Shown here: one piece after another, positions 16,267-18,609 of the stretch
Layout of the letters: each line of letters begins with the position of its first letter
How positions within the stretch are numbered: position 1 is the first letter of the stretch
Source: Archangiaceae bacterium
GTDB taxonomy: Bacteria > Myxococcota > Myxococcia > Myxococcales > Myxococcaceae
NCBI GenBank assembly: GCA_043750125.1
Contig: JAYVCD010000011.1
Span: 1-18,609, forward strand
DNA length: 18,609 nucleotides
Direction of reading: 5' to 3'
Made by a program: the position numbers and the translations under genes
The notes under the pieces: model-generated
The model's input: the letters and a program-made list of their open reading frames with translations, nothing else
What the model was told of the DNA's origin: nothing
The model's database searches: none

Positions 16267-18272
16267 GGCGCGCCTGTAGGAACGACCGGAGCGGTGCCGA
16301 CACTGAGCGCTTCGATTCGTTTTCGCTGCGGCCACATCGCGATCAGCGAACCAAACACCAGCAACGGAATCGCGTACCAGATCCACCCGACCAGCGGGAA
16401 CACCCAGGCATTGAAGCTGGCGGTGTTCGCGGCTTTGTCGAATGAGAGCAGTGACACGTAGACGTCTTTGAGCAGCGACTCATCGACCGCCGGAGACCCG
16501 ACCGGGTCCGTCTGGCGTTCGTAGAAGTTCATTCGCGGCGCGCTCATCGCGTGGTGCACGGACTCGCGACCGCCCGGATAGAGGATGGTGATGTTCGCTC
16601 CAATCCAGGTGCGGTGGGGGTCGGAGCCGTTCGAAAGCCCATCAAAGCGAATCTGATGGCCGCCGACTTCGAGCATCTGCCCCACCTTCAGCGTGCCGGT
16701 GTTGTGGATCTTGAACGCGCTCGAGGCGGCAATCGCCACGATGATCGCGACGATTCCGAGGTGGACGATGTAGCCGCCGAAGCGACGGCGCGAACGACTC
16801 GCACTGCGAAACAGCGCCGTCCACGGGCGTTCGTTTTGAGCGGACATCCGGTCGGCGGCAGGCAACAGCAGCTCGCGTAAGGTGATCACCGTGACAAAGG
16901 CGCCCAGCCCAAATGCCGTCAGCGGCATGAACCCGCGGTAGCCGATCAGCACGCAGGCCAGGACAACGCAGAGCGAGATCGCGGCCGGAATGACGAACTG
17001 CCGCATCACCGTCTGCTTGTCGGCCCGGCCCCAGGGAAGCATCGGGCCCACGCCCATCAAGAAGAGGATCATCAAGCCGCCGGGCAGCGCCATGGTGTTG
17101 AAGTACGGCTCTCCGACGCTGATCCGTTTGCCTTGCAGCGCTTCCTTCACCAACGGGAACAGCGTCCCCAGCAAGACGGTGAAGGTGATCGCCACCAGGA
17201 CCAGGTTGTTGAGGAGGATCATCCCCTCGCGCGAGGCGACCGTTTCCAGCTCGGTCTCGGCCACCAACAACGGCCCGCGAATCGTCAGCAGCACGATGCA
17301 GAACACCAGCAGCAAAGCGATGAAGACGAGGAACGTCGGCCCGATGTCCGACTGGGTGAACGAGTGCACCGAGTTGAAGACACCCGAGCGCGTCATGAAG
17401 GTGCCGACGATGGTGAGCACGAAGGTCCCGAGCGCGAGCGCGAGCGTCCACAGCTTCAGCGACTTCTTCCGCTCGAGCACCATCGTGGAATGAATGAAGG
17501 CGGTCGCGGTGAGCCAGGGGAGGAACGAGGCGTTCTCGACCGGATCCCACGCCCAGTACCCCCCCCAACCGAGCACCGCGTACGCCCACCACGAGCCGAG
17601 AATGATTCCCACCGACAGGAACGTCCACGGAATCATCATCCACTTGCGCAGCGGGACCAGCCACGCGTCGCCCAATTCTCCGCGCAGCAAAGCTCCGGTC
17701 GCGATTCCGAACGGAACCGTCATTCCCACGAAGCCGCAGTAGAGCATCGGGGGGTGAATGATCATCAGCACGTGGTTCTGCAGCAGCGCGTTGGGGCCCG
17801 GCCCATCGGCCAGCGGGCTGGCGATCGCCGTCCACGGATTTGCCGGGCCGGCGATCAAGAACGCGAAGAACGTCGCGACCGCCGCCATGCAGCCCAGCGA
17901 CAGCTGCATGTAGCGGCCGTGTTCCTTCCGGTAGGTGAAGGTGAAGGCGAACAGGTATACGCCCATGATCGCGCCCCAGAAGAGAATGCTGCCTTCCAAG
18001 GCGCTCCAGAGCGAGACGATGGTGAAGATGGTCGGCGTCGATCGGCTTCCGACCTGGGCGACGTACTTCACCGAGAAGTCGTGCGAGAGCAGCGCGTACA
18101 CCATCGTCAGGTTGCTCAAGATCATGCAGGCACAGAACGCGTACACCGCGCGCTGGACCCAGGGGAGCAGGCTCTCGCGGCGGGTGAGGCCGCTCCAGAT
18201 CCCGACGACCGAAGCGAACACTGCGGAAAGCAGCCCGCCCAACACCAATGAGTAGCCGATCGTAGAATTCAT
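16263..18272 (-). CDS. ccmF: Cytochrome c heme lyase subunit CcmF, 669 aa
   Basis: ATG 18272 with AAGGAG RBS. WSALEGS, IHPPMLY, WGGYWAWDPVEN (WWD motif) and TRSGVFNSVHSF. Confidence 0.96.
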   Translation of the reverse strand: MNSTIGYSLVLGGLLSAVFASVVGIWSGLTRRESLLPWVQRAVYAFCACMILSNLTMVYALLSHDFSVKYVAQVGSRSTPTIFTIVSLWSALEGSILFWGAIMGVYLFAFTFTYRKEHGRYMQLSLGCMAAVATFFAFLIAGPANPWTAIASPLADGPGPNALLQNHVLMIIHPPMLYCGFVGMTVPFGIATGALLRGELGDAWLVPLRKWMMIPWTFLSVGIILGSWWAYAVLGWGGYWAWDPVENASFLPWLTATAFIHSTMVLERKKSLKLWTLALALGTFVLTIVGTFMTRSGVFNSVHSFTQSDIGPTFLVFIALLLVFCIVLLTIRGPLLVAETELETVASREGMILLNNLVLVAITFTVLLGTLFPLVKEALQGKRISVGEPYFNTMALPGGLMILFLMGVGPMLPWGRADKQTVMRQFVIPAAISLCVVLACVLIGYRGFMPLTAFGLGAFVTVITLRELLLPAADRMSAQNERPWTALFRSASRSRRRFGGYIVHLGIVAIIVAIAASSAFKIHNTGTLKVGQMLEVGGHQIRFDGLSNGSDPHRTWIGANITILYPGGRESVHHAMSAPRMNFYERQTDPVGSPAVDESLLKDVYVSLLSFDKAANTASFNAWVFPLVGWIWYAIPLLVFGSLIAMWPQRKRIEALSVGTAPVVPTGAP

Positions 18273-18283
18273 TTGAGTCTTTG

Positions 18284-18289
18284 CTCCTT
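18284..18289 (-). promoter_or_regulatory. Shine-Dalgarno site of ccmF
   Basis: AAGGAG 11 nt upstream of ATG 18272. Confidence 0.55.
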
Positions 18290-18318
18290 GGACCACCGCA
18301 TCGATTCCCGCGCGTCGC

Positions 18319-18609
18319 TCACTTGGCCGACGTCTCTGCGGTGTCGAGCGACTTCTGCCAGTCCTTGCTGTTTTCACCCGGCTTCGGTGGGCGGTATTCG
18401 TTGGAATGACTGACCATCAGCCGGCTGGTCTTGAAGGTGCCGCTGCTGCCGAACGTGCCTTCGACCACCACCCCGATTCCTTCGCGGAACATCTGCGGAG
18501 GGACCTGGTCACACGACACCGGCACGGTCGGAGCGTTGGGCTCTTTGTTGTCTGCGACCTTGAAGTTCAGCGCGGTGTGCGCCGCGTTCCACACGATGCT
18601 CGCTGGCTC
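18319..18609 (-). CDS. ccmE: Heme chaperone CcmE, 3' part (5' end beyond window)
   Basis: Frame is open to the window edge. PQMFREGIGVVVEG and heme-binding HxxxY (HSNEY). Directly upstream of ccmF. Confidence 0.93.
   Translation of the reverse strand, partial: EPASIVWNAAHTALNFKVADNKEPNAPTVPVSCDQVPPQMFREGIGVVVEGTFGSSGTFKTSRLMVSHSNEYRPPKPGENSKDWQKSLDTAETSAK

Noticed and set aside
18273-18377. Longer N-termini from the ORF track for ccmF (also ccmG 16386 and ccmI 15425)
   Set aside because: They overlap upstream genes. The shorter starts have an RBS or stop/start coupling.

Overview
GC-rich bacterial DNA, most likely myxobacterial (Myxococcota). This rests on by-eye inference from the DUF4388, TPR-PEGA, FHA-kinase-PEGA, Cys-rich lipoprotein and Myxococcus-type pilin signatures. 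Left to right: a frameshifted 3' remnant of a possible beta-barrel gene; an ABC-2-type permease/ATPase pair (-); a transpeptidase-only PBP (+); a DUF4388 protein (-); a glutaredoxin-like gene and a class I/II aminotransferase (+); a minus-strand block of a two-repeat hypothetical, a ~70-Cys lipoprotein with six ADAM/disintegrin-like repeats, a TPR-PEGA membrane protein and an FHA-Ser/Thr kinase-TM-PEGA receptor, with a probable decayed AraC-type fragment between the last two; an alkyl-DHAP-synthase-like FAD oxidoreductase coupled to a PilA-like gene lacking a prepilin cleavage site (+); and the distal cytochrome c maturation operon ccmE(partial)-F-G-H-I (-). The best candidate for an undescribed system is the kinase / TPR-PEGA / disintegrin-repeat lipoprotein block, a possible trans-envelope contact-sensing module. 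No rRNA, tRNA, CRISPR array or mobile element was seen. All family calls come from motif recognition, not database searches.
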